Assembly (NCBI RefSeq): GCF_001194135.2
Contig: NC_068984.1
Span: forward strand, 37,261,176-37,300,722
Direction: 5' to 3'
Source: Octopus bimaculoides
Taxonomy: Eukaryota
DNA: 39,547 bases
Shown in pieces: positions 1-10,632 of this stretch (position 1 is the first letter of the stretch; every line of letters starts with the position of its first letter). A model generated the notes under the pieces. It saw only the letters and a list, made by a program, of their open reading frames with translations. It searched no databases and had not been told where the DNA came from. The translations under genes were made by a program, and so were the position numbers.

Positions 1-290
1 CAAATGATGTCGGCATCACCTTTAAGATATACACAAGGCTTGGGCCCCGTGCTATCCGCCCACAATATAAATCACACTCACATCTCTTAACAAGAATACT
101 TCAAAATTATTTCCCCTCAATTGGCCCTGCTCTCTTTAACCTTACACCTAAACACATTAAAGCAGAAACACCACAAATAGTTCAAGAAACCTTTGGACAA
201 ATTCCTTCAAGAAATCCGGATAAACATCCTACACACATATATCCCACCTCTACCCTAACCCTCAGCCTGACCTACACCGCACTCTTGCTT
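1..290 (+). mobile_element. CR1-clade LINE, 3' end of ORF2 (decayed, cut by window edge)
   Basis: Frame 3 from nt 3 reads ...QNYFPSIGPALFNLTPKHIK. Frame 1 from 181 reads FKKPLDKFLQEI. This matches the typical CR1 ORF2 C-terminus (SF...GP.LFN.LP..I...FK..LD.FL..IP), with a frameshift. Confidence 0.75.
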
Positions 291-548
291 TCCTCATTCT
301 CACCTCCCCCACATCCCAACACCACTACACCGCACCACACACACTACCACACTATACACCGCCATACCACACAACACCACATCACATCACACCACCACGC
401 ACACACTAGCACTAACCATCTCCCAGCCCCACACCATCATCACACGCACACGCGCACACGTCAAGGTCACCAGCCCTCTTCCACACGCACATACATGCTC
501 TCTTATACATACGCACACGCACCTTCGATTTGGGATAACCACTATATT
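291..548 (+). repeat. CA-rich cryptic low-complexity tract (possibly the CR1 3' tail region)
   Basis: Degenerate (CAC/CA)n directly after the CR1 ORF end. It explains the His/Thr-rich ORF 285..941. Confidence 0.7.
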
Positions 549-843
549 NNNNNNNNNNNNNNNNNNNNNNNNNNNNNNNNNNNNNNNNNNNNNNNNNNNN
601 NNNNNNNNNNNNNNNNNNNNNNNNNNNNNNNNNNNNNNNNNNNNNNNNNNNNNNNNNNNNNNNNNNNNNNNNNNNNNNNNNNNNNNNNNNNNNNNNNNNN
701 NNNNNNNNNNNNNNNNNNNNNNNNNNNNNNNNNNNNNNNNNNNNNNNNNNNNNNNNNNNNNNNNNNNNNNNNNNNNNNNNNNNNNNNNNNNNNNNNNNNN
801 NNNNNNNNNNNNNNNNNNNNNNNNNNNNNNNNNNNNNNNNNNN

Positions 844-907
<64 letters not shown>
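844..907. repeat. (TA)n(GA)n compound microsatellite next to gap 549-843
   Basis: Direct reading. Confidence 0.95.
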
Positions 908-912
<5 letters not shown>

Positions 913-2521
913 TTTCGTATTGTTCAATATACGCTCAATAAGTTTTCGCTCCAGCTTAAAGACAATGTTCAAGATAGTCATTAAGAATGTATTTCAAGGG
1001 TTTTTCTTACGTACTTGTTCCATCTCAATCCAAGCCCCAAGTCTATTTTCCTTACTTTTGTTTCACTTGTTCCAACTACTGCTGTCAAAAATGTGTAAGT
1101 CCTGTGTATGTAAGAAAAATTCCTATATCCATTGGTAAAGCAATTTTGTGTTTCCTATGCTTCACTGACGAGATCCAAGAATACCGGAATATTACTTATT
1201 GTCGCCATCCCAGAGAACCACTATCAAATTTCTCCTTGAGCATAAAAATATTTTCATTTTAAGATTATAATTTTAGTTTTTCTTCCAATTATCTTCTCTC
1301 TTTTTTGAGAGGTACACCGCCATTTATTTGTTTCCGTTTCTCAACGATAATATTTCAATTCATTAAGCTTTACTGCATACTTCATATAATACATCTTTAT
1401 TATAATAGAACTTTTTCGTAGAATTATTAAATTTAAAAGAAATGACGATACGAACATGGTGGAAATAATCTTGGAATATCATGTAAAATGTCGAAATCTC
1501 ATTAAAAGATTGTCGTTCTCAATAGTATGAAAATGTTGCAGGCATGGCTGATTATAAATTGTGGTGTTCAGCGGAGTATTAATGAAAAGAATTGCAAAGC
1601 TATATTTGTAATTTGTAATAATCTGTCTTTCTGTTTATTTTAGAGTCTTTTTCACTAATCGTGGCGTATTGAAGGCAAGACTTTTTAAATGAAATTTTAC
1701 GTTTTAAACATGATATCGTTTCTCAATAGTCCTTTGGCAAACTTTGAAAGATTCCTTACAAGTAGGTACCAGCTCTGAATCTGAAACTGTATGGAATTTC
1801 AAAATTATAAAGCTACTTTATAATGCTTTGATATCATAGTAGACCTTACGCAACGATAGTTAAAACTAAACTATAAATACAAGGTTGTACACGAAAACTA
1901 CTCTAAAATCATAGCATGATCGTTCACAACATCTCTCGTGTTTCAAGGGATCTTTTAAATTATTTTTACGAAAATAAGCATCATTGTCCAGTGAATCCAT
2001 TCAACCTTGTTTGAAACTTAGAGGAATAGAATATTCAGGTTGAAAAAATACCATAGAAGAAAAAACAAATCCCTGGCAAACTATTCACCACAAGAGATAA
2101 ATGGTGAAAAAAATCATCTCAGTAATTAAATAGAAGAAGGATTTATTCGAATTCGTAATTGCGATTCAAAATTTAGCCGTTTATACTCGAGGATTACTCT
2201 TCGACTCAAATCGAATCAACTTCATTCATAACATAAAGATTTTAAAGAAACTCTATCTCAAAAGTTGGACATGGCTTCAAGCTTCATGAAGAAACTTTCG
2301 ATTATAAGATGCTTTAGAAAACCACCCGAAACATTAAAAAATTCTTAACTGAGGAACTTCTCAAGCATTTTTTTCTTTTTCTTCTGGTATTATTGGAATG
2401 AAAGTTTGTTTTTTGTTTTTCTGTATTCGAATAGAGCTATTCAGATACTGCAATTTCAGCTACCAATTGTGAGAGACACCTTTGTAAATTCAAACTGACT
2501 TCAATAAACTTGGGAACGTCT

Positions 2522-2650
2522 AAAGCGGTTAGCTGGAAGAATCGTTAGCATGACGGTCAAAATGATTAGCAGCATTTCATCCGTCTGTACATTCTAAGTT
2601 CAAATTCCACCGAGGTTCATTTTACCTCTCATCCTTCAAGCGTCTATAGA
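2522..2650 (+). mobile_element. tRNA-derived SINE, 5' half (family 1)
   Basis: Head AGCTGGAAGAATCGTTAGCA, B-box-like AAGTTCAAATTCC. Homologous to the minus-strand copies at 5256-5467 and 5485-5626. Confidence 0.8.
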
Positions 2651-3413
2651 CGTTTAGCTTTCCTCTATCATCAGTCACACTGACAAACATCCATATATAC
2701 ACGCATATATAAACACATATTTTGTATCTTTTCTCAACCTGCGTATTTGACAAAAGGCAAATTGACATATCTTTTCCTTTTCTGAACGAATTTAAAAATA
2801 ATTTTGTTGCTGTTATTGTTTGATTTAGGCAAGAGAAGGGAAGAATGTATAACCTGTTTAGTTTCGTGGTACTTGGGTTAGGTGGAGGAGTTCTGTTCTA
2901 TGTACATACACTTGGGGTTGAGACACAGTTTCCGATACCTAAACTTCAATCAAAGTTCTATGGTCAAAGCATGTCTCTAATAGAAGACTTTTGCCTACAC
3001 TAACTTTGTGTGATGCACATTTCTTCTCAATTTTTCAATTTTCCACAATTGTTGAGTCTGGTTCGCATGAATAAAGATATATGTATATAGAACATATGTT
3101 GTTCCTTAACTTCAGTTAGTTTATCAACATCATCTCTTGTTTTGTATTTGTTTCCTGGTCAAGCCCATTATATAAGCGAATAATTGTCCGGGGTGTGAAA
3201 GGTCTATTTATACTCCTTGTGCAGTCGTTTCTGAAACCTTCCAAGAGGAATATTAAATAAATTATGGACAATACATAAATTTTCGTTTTGCTTGCTTTTG
3301 TTTAACTCCAAGTTAAACCTTGTCATTTAGATGAAAAATAATCTATGCATAGTATTCCCGTTTTTAGACACAGAGAGTATCTAGACCACATTATTCAATG
3401 TGTTCTTCCTGTT

Positions 3414-3414
3414 A

Positions 3415-3460
<46 letters not shown>
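3414..3460. repeat. (AAAG)n microsatellite
   Basis: Direct reading. Confidence 0.95.
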
Positions 3461-3461
<1 letters not shown>

Positions 3462-4334
3462 CGTGGTTTCAGGATACTTTGATTCCAACATCTAGTTGGT
3501 CAAGTCTGTCTCTTTAACTCCCGGCCCTCCTTGAATGGCTTCGGCTCAGATTTTTTCCGCGAAATATTGAGTTTGAAATAAGATATTCGGGTATTTATAT
3601 AAAATTCGGAATGAATGTCAGATACAACTCCAAATATGTTCAGTTCAATCAAATTAGGTGTAGAAGAGATAACGCTATTAAGAGAGATTGCTGCGAATAT
3701 CGCAACACCACCTTTTCATTTTGACGGATATTTTCAAGTAGTTTTTGTCTGTCTTATAATTATGAACAAAGAGAAGGTAGTTGATGTTTACTTATAAACT
3801 CCATGACGGTGTATATTTATTTATAATTCTATATTTGTACTGCCTTAAACAAATTTGTCATTGAGCTGTATTGTATAGATAGCTTGAGAAGATATTAGAA
3901 GTTTATTTTAAGAGTCTTTACTTTTCCTGCTGCAAACTATGTCATATAGCCATTGAGAAACTATTAACAAGCTTTTTTGTTTTCTTTTCTTTTTGTTTTG
4001 TTTTTTCTTACATATATTCCGTTCAGTAGAAAAGCACTTTGTATCATCCTTTGGGGCAGGGAACATTCAAATTGGTGGCAGGGGAGAACCTAATTGTACA
4101 TCTTTACAATGAATAAGCTACATTCTTTTTTCATTGATTCCTCTTACATTGCATCCAAACCTATTACATCTGAAAGCTTTTGATAATTTCTACTTTCTAT
4201 GGCATCCAAGTTTTCCACTTGGGCACTTCGTTAGTACGCATACCTACAAACTCTTTTTAAAGACACATGTGGATACACAACCACGCAGCATAATACTACT
4301 TTTGTTTATTCAGCAACATTTCTTCTGAATCTAC

Positions 4335-4435
4335 GTTCTGATTCAAGGTCGACTTTGTTTCTCAATCCTATCGTAGTTGATAAAATAAGTATCTGCTGGA
4401 CGTTGAGGTCGTTGTAATAGAGTGTGCCTGTAGCA
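4335..4435 (+). mobile_element. SINE family 1, internal/3' fragment with deletion, followed by (AGA)n
   Basis: AAGGTCGACTTTG...GATAAAATAAGTA...GGTCG.TGTAAT aligns with the reverse complement of the central part of 5256-5467. Confidence 0.6.
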
Positions 4436-4838
4436 GAAAGAAGAAGAAGAAGAAGAAGAAGAAGAAGAAGAAGAAGAAGAAGAAGAAGAAGAAGAAGAAG
4501 AAGAAGAAGAAGAAGAAGAAGAAGAAGAAGAAGAAGAAGAAGAAGNNNNNNNNNNNNNNNNNNNNNNNNNNNNNNNNNNNNNNNNNNNNNNNNNNNNNNN
4601 NNNNNNNNNNNNNNNNNNNNNNNNNNNNNNNNNNNNNNNNNNNNNNNNNNNNNNNNNNNNNNNNNNNNNNNNNNNNNNNNNNNNNNNNNNNNNNNNNNNN
4701 NNNNNNNNNNNNNNNNNNNNNNNNNNNNNNNNNNNNNNNNNNNNNNNNNNNNNAAGAAGAAGAAGAAGAAGAAGAAGAAGAAGAAGAAGAAGAAGAAGAA
4801 GAAGAAGAAGAAGAAGAAGAAGAAGAAGAAGAAGAACC

Positions 4839-4887
<49 letters not shown>
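4436..4887. repeat. (AGA)n - gap 4546-4753 - (AGA)n(AGT)n compound microsatellite
   Basis: Direct reading. Source of the poly-R/K/S/F/T/L ORFs. Confidence 0.95.
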
Positions 4888-5190
4888 TCTTGGTGGTCAA
4901 GTGTCTTCGACCTCAACTTGAAGGGAAGTCTGTTAGCAAAGTTGTGTAGACTGAGATTTAACAGAATGTCGTCGAATAGACCAGGGCTTATCCAGCTTGA
5001 TCTCACCCACTGTCCCATTGTAACTTTAACAAACATTCCAGCCAGATCTTTAGTCTGATGACTACCTTCTTCCAACAGTTTCTTTCATATATGCTATCGT
5101 TTCTCACCTGACTAAACATTGATCAAAACCATCTTGCACATCAATCTTTTAAACACAAGCACTTCTCGTCTATTTTAGCTACTAGATGTG
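4888..5190 (-). mobile_element. Possible highly decayed 3' end of an RLE-type (R4/Dong-like) non-LTR element
   Basis: Minus strand gives NRREVLVFKRLMCKMVLINV*SGEKR, a weak echo of NRPDIVV....K...IDVAVPGD.R, and runs into a (TAC)n tract like a 3' tail. The similarity is weak. Confidence 0.3.
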
Positions 5191-5255
5191 CCATATAAGT
5201 ATATCTGCTTAAGAGCAATATAAACACGAAGAAAGAAGGTACTCAATTTAATAAT

Positions 5256-5467
5256 GGTTTCAAATTTTAACACAAGGCTAGAAATTTTAGGACCGCGGTA
5301 AGTCGATTAGATCGATACCTAGTGCTCAACTGTTATTTATTTTATAGAATCCGAAAGGACGAAAGGCAAAGTCAATCTCAGATGAATTTGAACTCACAAT
5401 TTAAAGACGGACGAAATGTCGCAAGCATTTTGCTCGTCTTGCTAACGATTCTGCCAGCTCGACGTCC
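5256..5467 (-). mobile_element. tRNA-derived SINE family 1, near full length
   Basis: Reverse complement begins GAGCTGGCAGAATCGTTAGCA, has the B box GAGTTCAAATTC, then TTTGCCTTTCGTCCTTTCGG and GATCTAATCGAC, and ends in an ATTATT tail. Confidence 0.9.
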
Positions 5468-5484
5468 TAACTTGATTTAATAAT

Positions 5485-5626
5485 CTTTTTTACTAAAAGC
5501 ACAAAGCCTGAAATTATGGGGGATGGATTAGTCGATTACCGCGAATCTGATGTTTCACCATAAAGACAAGCGAAATGCCGCTAAGCATTTTGCCCGTGCT
5601 AACGATTCTGCCAACTCATTGCCTTG
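5485..5626 (-). mobile_element. tRNA-derived SINE family 1, internally deleted copy with target-site duplication
   Basis: Head GAGTTGGCAGAATCGTTAGCA plus the 3' part (TAATCGAC...CAGGCTTTGTGC). The centre is missing. Flanked by TAACT(T/C)GATTTAATAAT at 5468-5484 and 5627-5643. Confidence 0.85.
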
Positions 5627-5874
5627 TAACTCGATTTAATAATAAAAAGACAAGCATATACATAAGAAGTGCTACTCAGTGGCATTAATGGTTTAAAATG
5701 AACCTACTTGGTATTGTAACATGGTTTCGAACTTCCTTTGCTGGGACAGTACCGAAGCGTTGATGACATTGTGCTGAAAGACACCGATATGCACTGGACC
5801 AAATATAGAGCAACAGTAACAAAGGCAAATTTACGCTAACATCCATATATAAACAATACACAAAAGAAGCAGAA

Positions 5875-5899
5875 GTAGTAGTAGTAGTAGTAGTAGTAA

Positions 5900-5935
<36 letters not shown>

Positions 5936-6321
5936 CAGCAGCAGCAGCGGCAGCAGCAGTAGTAGTAGTAGTAGCAGTAGTAGTAGTAGTAGTAGTAGTA
6001 GTAGNNNNNNNNNNNNNNNNNNNNNNNNNNNNNNNNNNNNNNNNNNNNNNNNNNNNNNNNNNNNNNNNNNNNNNNNNNNNNNNNNNNNNNNNNNNNNNNN
6101 NNNNNNNNNNNNNNNNNNNNNNNNNNNNNNNNNNNNNNNNNNNNNNNNNNNNNNNNNNNNNNNNNNNNNNNNNNNNNNNNNNNNNNNNNNNNNNNNNNNN
6201 NNNNNNNNNNNNNNNNNNNNNNNNNNNNNNNNNNNNNNNNNNNNNNNNNNNNNNNNNNNNNNNNNNNNNNNNNNNNNNNNNNNNNNNNNNNNNNNNNNNN
6301 NNNNNNNNNNNNNNNNNNGTG

Positions 6322-6367
<46 letters not shown>

Positions 6368-6371
6368 CATC

Positions 6372-6418
<47 letters not shown>
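5875..6418. repeat. (TAG)n/(CAG)n microsatellite spanning gap 6005-6318
   Basis: Direct reading. Confidence 0.95.
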
Positions 6419-7424
6419 CGGACGTTAAAGATCTCTAATCACATATTACGATAAGAAAACTGAAATAACAAATATAAAGGTTTTCTTTCTTCCCTCTAAA
6501 AACATTTATTCATGACACATATCTTCATGTGTTTGAAATTGTGTTTTAATAGTTTTATCATTAACATAAAGAGATTATCATTAATATTCAGAGATTACGA
6601 AGTTAAGAAGGAAACAGCTTGTACAGTTTAATCTACATTTAAATGTGCGCCAATGTGTATGTGTTTATGCAAAGATATGCATGGGCTATCAACTTCTCTT
6701 TTAATACCATTATTAAACAGTATTAGAAGTGATGTTTTCAAACTCACGCGCATCTACACATACTAATGTCATTTTGAGATGTCAGGCATTCTGAGAAGAG
6801 ATTATCGGGTAGTGATTGATGGTCAAACATATAACAACACGAAGATCTCTAGATTAAATAGAAAAGAAAGACAAGCGCATTGAAAGTGGAAGTCAATCTC
6901 TTTAGTGTCACAGTTTTAAATTACATCCGACAAAACCTCCAATCAATACAGCAGAATCTGCATTCCTGAAAAGTTTCATATATTGCATTGGTGTAATTTG
7001 ACATATTTACATACTTGTTATTGGGGTTGTCATTCGTTTTCTTGTCGACCGTATCAATTGAGTCTGACAGTGTAAGAAAGCGCAATGATCATACCAACTT
7101 ATTCAATAGCCGATTTGATGCTGTAAGGTGTTTAGCGATTCTCAATGCAAATTTTGCATGAATAGATATAGCGAAAAAAAAAAGTATAATTATCACATAA
7201 TATAAACTTCTCAACATAGCTCTTTATCGTAGCACCAGCCAACACAGCATGGTCAGTAACATGTGTTTAGTAAAACAAAGACGAATAATAATATATTAAA
7301 TAGCAGGCTATGTAATTCCGTATGTATGCAAGTTATCTCTATTTATTGACAAGGTAAAGTAATCGCTTGGTAGCACTTAAGACGAACTACAGGTGAAAAG
7401 GGTGGATAATCTCAAGAATTAAGG

Positions 7425-7490
7425 ATTTCATTTGTGTACTGGGGTCGTTCCAATCGACCGGCCTCCTCCCACCAAATTCTAGGCCTTGCA
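7425..7490 (+). mobile_element. SINE family 1, 3' fragment
   Basis: TACTGGGGTCG..CCAATCGACCGGCCTCCTCCC..AAATTCTAGGCCTTG matches the 3' part of the copies at 5256-5626. Confidence 0.7.
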
Positions 7491-7509
7491 CACACACACA
7501 CATATAAAG

Positions 7510-7850
7510 GGTCATTACCTATAATAGAAAGGAATATTCTAGGTATGGCCGTACAATGGAGGGGAATAGAGGAATAATGACATCTTGCTATCTGAACCGG
7601 AAATTACTGAGGATCCAAAAGCTCATCCTGCGAGCTATATCGACTTTGTTGTTGATGCGGGAATTCTAACTGAGATTGTTGTCCACAATTGGTCCTAAGT
7701 TTGATATTATTGGATGTTGTGAGTGGCTCACCTGATTTAAGAGAATATGTTCGGTCTTCTCCATTCATAATTTTCTGGAACTTGGAGTCATCTGCGAATA
7801 CTTTTACTTTGCTGTGTTTGATGATGCTTTAGAAGTCCTTTCTATAAGCA
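7510..7850 (-). mobile_element. CR1-clade LINE reverse transcriptase fragment (pseudogenised)
   Basis: Minus strand: IIKHSKVKVFADDSK (catalytic FADD at 7787-7798), then IVDNNLS*NSRINNKVDIARRMSFWIL..FR, then DVIIPLFPSIVRPYLEY. These are CR1 RT/thumb motifs, with stops, a frameshift and an internal deletion. Confidence 0.85.
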
Positions 7851-7869
7851 ATAAATCAGCGGGCTTAAG

Positions 7870-7955
7870 ATAGATCGATCGATCAATCAATAGATAGATG
7901 GATAGATAGATAGATAGAGAGAGAGAGAGACAGAGACAGACAGACAGACAGACAA
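7870..7955. repeat. (GATA)/(GA)/(GACA) compound microsatellite
   Basis: Direct reading. Confidence 0.9.
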
Positions 7956-7998
7956 ACCACGTGGTTGCGAATCGAACTTTTTAACCATACAGCCATGC
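7956..7998 (-). mobile_element. tRNA-like head fragment of SINE family 2
   Basis: Reverse complement GCATGGCTGTATGGTTAAAAAGTTCGATTCGCAACCACGTGGTT carries an A-box-like TGGCTGTATGG and adjoins the microsatellite. Family assignment is from recall. Confidence 0.5.
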
Positions 7999-8309
7999 TG
8001 TGTATATTGGAACTGTTGTGGCTGTTCTATTTCCATGTGGTCTTCTTGAAAATAATCTCATCCACCGGTTGTAGTAGTTCCATTAAGTTTTATTGTTAAT
8101 AATTTAATTACTGATTAGCTTTTAATAAATTTATCGATACAATACTGGCATTTTATCAATGATTTCAATGATTTTTCTTCTGGAACAGAATTTCTTTCGT
8201 CCTTGTTTATATTGTGAAATGTCATGTGTATGTTGCTAGGTGTATATGTGTATGTTGTGTGTTATTGTTTTTACTTTTACAATGTTCATTTTATGTTTCA
8301 ACAGCAAAT

Positions 8310-8498
8310 ATGGCTGTTCCGCACGGAGCAACGTTACTACTCTTTTTTAATCTTTGATTAACGACACAACCTGCATCCGATATATTACGATCAGAGGAGC
8401 GAACCCCTACCATCATGCAATTTGGCAAGACCAGCTGGAAGAGGTGTTCTCCTACAGTTAAAAAAGAGTAGTAACGTTGTTCCGCACGAAACAGCCAT
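8310..8498. repeat. 189-bp element with 41-bp terminal inverted repeats (MITE-like / foldback)
   Basis: Arm 8310-8350 versus arm 8458-8498: 37/41 reverse-complement identity with a 107-bp spacer. No clear target-site duplication. Confidence 0.85.
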
Positions 8499-8647
8499 GC
8501 TGAAGTGGCCAACAAACATAATTTTATGTTTATTTTCATTTATTTTTCTTCTGTAGAGCCATCGAAAGAAATGTGTGCGCGTTTGTGTGCGCATCGATGC
8601 GTGCACCTGTATCTGCGTCTCAGTTTGCGACACTGTGCATTGTGTGC

Positions 8648-8762
<115 letters not shown>

Positions 8763-9430
8763 TATTTTCTGGTTGCGAATTGTTCGCTTGAATATAGATT
8801 ACGGTTGTTTGAGTTTTGGTACGATGTACTTTTATAAGTTTAGTATTGTTCAATCCACGATTTTGCATTAGTGTGCTCATGTTGGTGATAGCAGATGATT
8901 TTGGTGTCACTCTTATTTCCCCGATTCTTTCTATGGTGGGTGTGTATCAGTGTGTGTATCGTGTCTGTAAATTATCAGAGAACACTGAACGCGATTATAA
9001 AAAGCAAGCATCCACACATTACCAATATGACAGAGAAACGCAACTTATTAATAAACAATGTTGCAATAAAAGTTCTCCATACATCCGAAAAATCGGACGT
9101 TAGCAAATTTGTTATCAAACTGCAAACGGATTCTAAATCCATGTACACGCTTAGCAGAAAGAATTAAACGAGCAACAACACCTCCGTATCCACATCATTA
9201 CAGTAATAAACGAACGAGTGTAAAATAAGATTAAAGTCAACTAAAATCATGCAACACACGCGAATCACAGATTGGAATGCCGAAACGCTATGTACAGGCA
9301 CTCACGCTATGGCAATTGCACAACCATCAAAACTATATCCACAAAAAACATTTTCATGCTCGCACCAACAAAAACGATGACGTAAATAAATAATAAAAAC
9401 GAGTATAATGCCGAGAAAATATTAATGTCA
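8763..9430. promoter_or_regulatory. CpG-retaining non-repetitive island (candidate promoter / first-exon region)
   Basis: About 30 CpG in about 670 bp by manual count, denser than most non-TE flanking DNA. CRE-like TGACGTAA at 9378-9385. The function is inferred. Confidence 0.35.
8975..9142 (-). CDS. Candidate 55-aa small ORF with C-terminal transmembrane segment (or internal exon 9023-9149)
   Basis: ATG 9142 to TGA 8975: MDLESVCSLITNLLTSDFSDVWRTFIATLFINKLRFSVILVMCGCLLFIIAFSVL. The same frame has an acceptor-like ttctttctgctaAG at 9150-9151 and a donor-like TTG|GTAATG after 9023. No homology evidence. Confidence 0.25.
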   Translation of the reverse strand: MDLESVCSLITNLLTSDFSDVWRTFIATLFINKLRFSVILVMCGCLLFIIAFSVL

Positions 9431-9968
9431 TAATACACACACATGCTTGACAAAATAAGCATAACGCTCTATGACAGGGCAAATACAAGGACAGTAAGCC
9501 AGTTGAAGGATGGGATTCATTAAGAAAAGTCACAGTAATATAGTAATAAATTTAATACACACTAATCAATAATTAATGAATTCATTGAACTATTTGTATA
9601 GTGATCAATACACATAAACTGCCACCAGGGCGTAAGGCCTGTAAATATAATCAGAATGACCCTCACAATATGTTTGTGTGTGTGTTTTGGTATATATATA
9701 TATATATATATATATAGCAATAAGAAAATGGACGGGAATCAGACATTGTATCTCTCACGCGCTCTCTCTATGTCTGTGTCTGTGCATGTGTTTCACTTAG
9801 GAATAGCAATAATAACCTAGTGTGAAAGCACTCAACTACATGTGCATTGCATATTACAGCAGAAACAGCTGTAAACTAATGAAGTTCATATAATTTTCTG
9901 TTCCATTGTCGTTTACATAATTCCTAACAAAATATATAAATAAATGAATAATGTATATGTGCATACTT

Positions 9969-10122
9969 ACACACACACACACACACGCACACACACACAC
10001 ACACACATGTATATATATATATTTGTAAACACATATATAGAGTGAGAGAGCAGTGCATGCCATCAAAGTGACTATGTATGTATGTATGTATGTATGTATG
10101 TATGTATGTATGTATGTATGTA
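9969..10122. repeat. (CA)n/(TA)n and (TATG)n microsatellites
   Basis: Direct reading. Confidence 0.9.
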
Positions 10123-10278
10123 CACGCTCCTATATTTATGCTTATGTATAAGTTTAAATGAGATAATTAAGAACTCGCTTAATTTCATCACATGTTATTT
10201 ACGTGATTTACTAATCCATCCGTAGAGTCTTCAGCAGATAATTTTTTTAAAGGGATATGTATCTACCGTAATATTCGT

Positions 10279-10632
10279 GGAGGCGCAATGGACAAGTGGT
10301 TAGGGCCGTGGACTTGCGGTCGTGGGATCGCGGTTTCGATTCGGGCGTTGTGTGTGTTTATTGAGCGAAAACACCTAAAACTCCACGAGGCAGAAGTGGT
10401 GGTGAACCCTGCTGTACTCTTTCACCACAACTTTCTCTCACTCTTTCTTCCTGTTTCTGTTGTATTTTAAAGGACTGGATTTGTCACACACTGTTCTACG
10501 CTGAATCTTCCCGAGAACTACGTTAAGGGTACACGTGTCTGTGGATGGCTCAGCCACTTACACGAGCAGGTTGTTCCGTTGATCAGATCGACTGGAACCA
10601 TTGCTGTCATAACCGAAGGAGTGCCACGACTA
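10279..10632 (+). mobile_element. tRNA-derived SINE family 3, full length
   Basis: A box TGGACAAGTGG at 10289-10299 and B box GGTTTCGATTC at 10332-10342. About 350 bp. Probable TSD TAATATTC(GT/AC) at 10269-10278 and 10633-10642. Confidence 0.9.

Noticed and set aside
1760-1786. 27-nt minus-strand micro-exon candidate (catacAG ... GTAAGG)
   Set aside because: Splice-like dinucleotides with a short open frame are common; no independent support.
3560-3790. Possible APE endonuclease remnant (KGGVAIF on the minus strand)
   Set aside because: A single short motif among stops; not enough to call.
10279-10350. tRNA gene
   Set aside because: A and B boxes are present but there is no complete cloverleaf. 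The sequence continues into a 350-bp body with a TSD, so it is a SINE.
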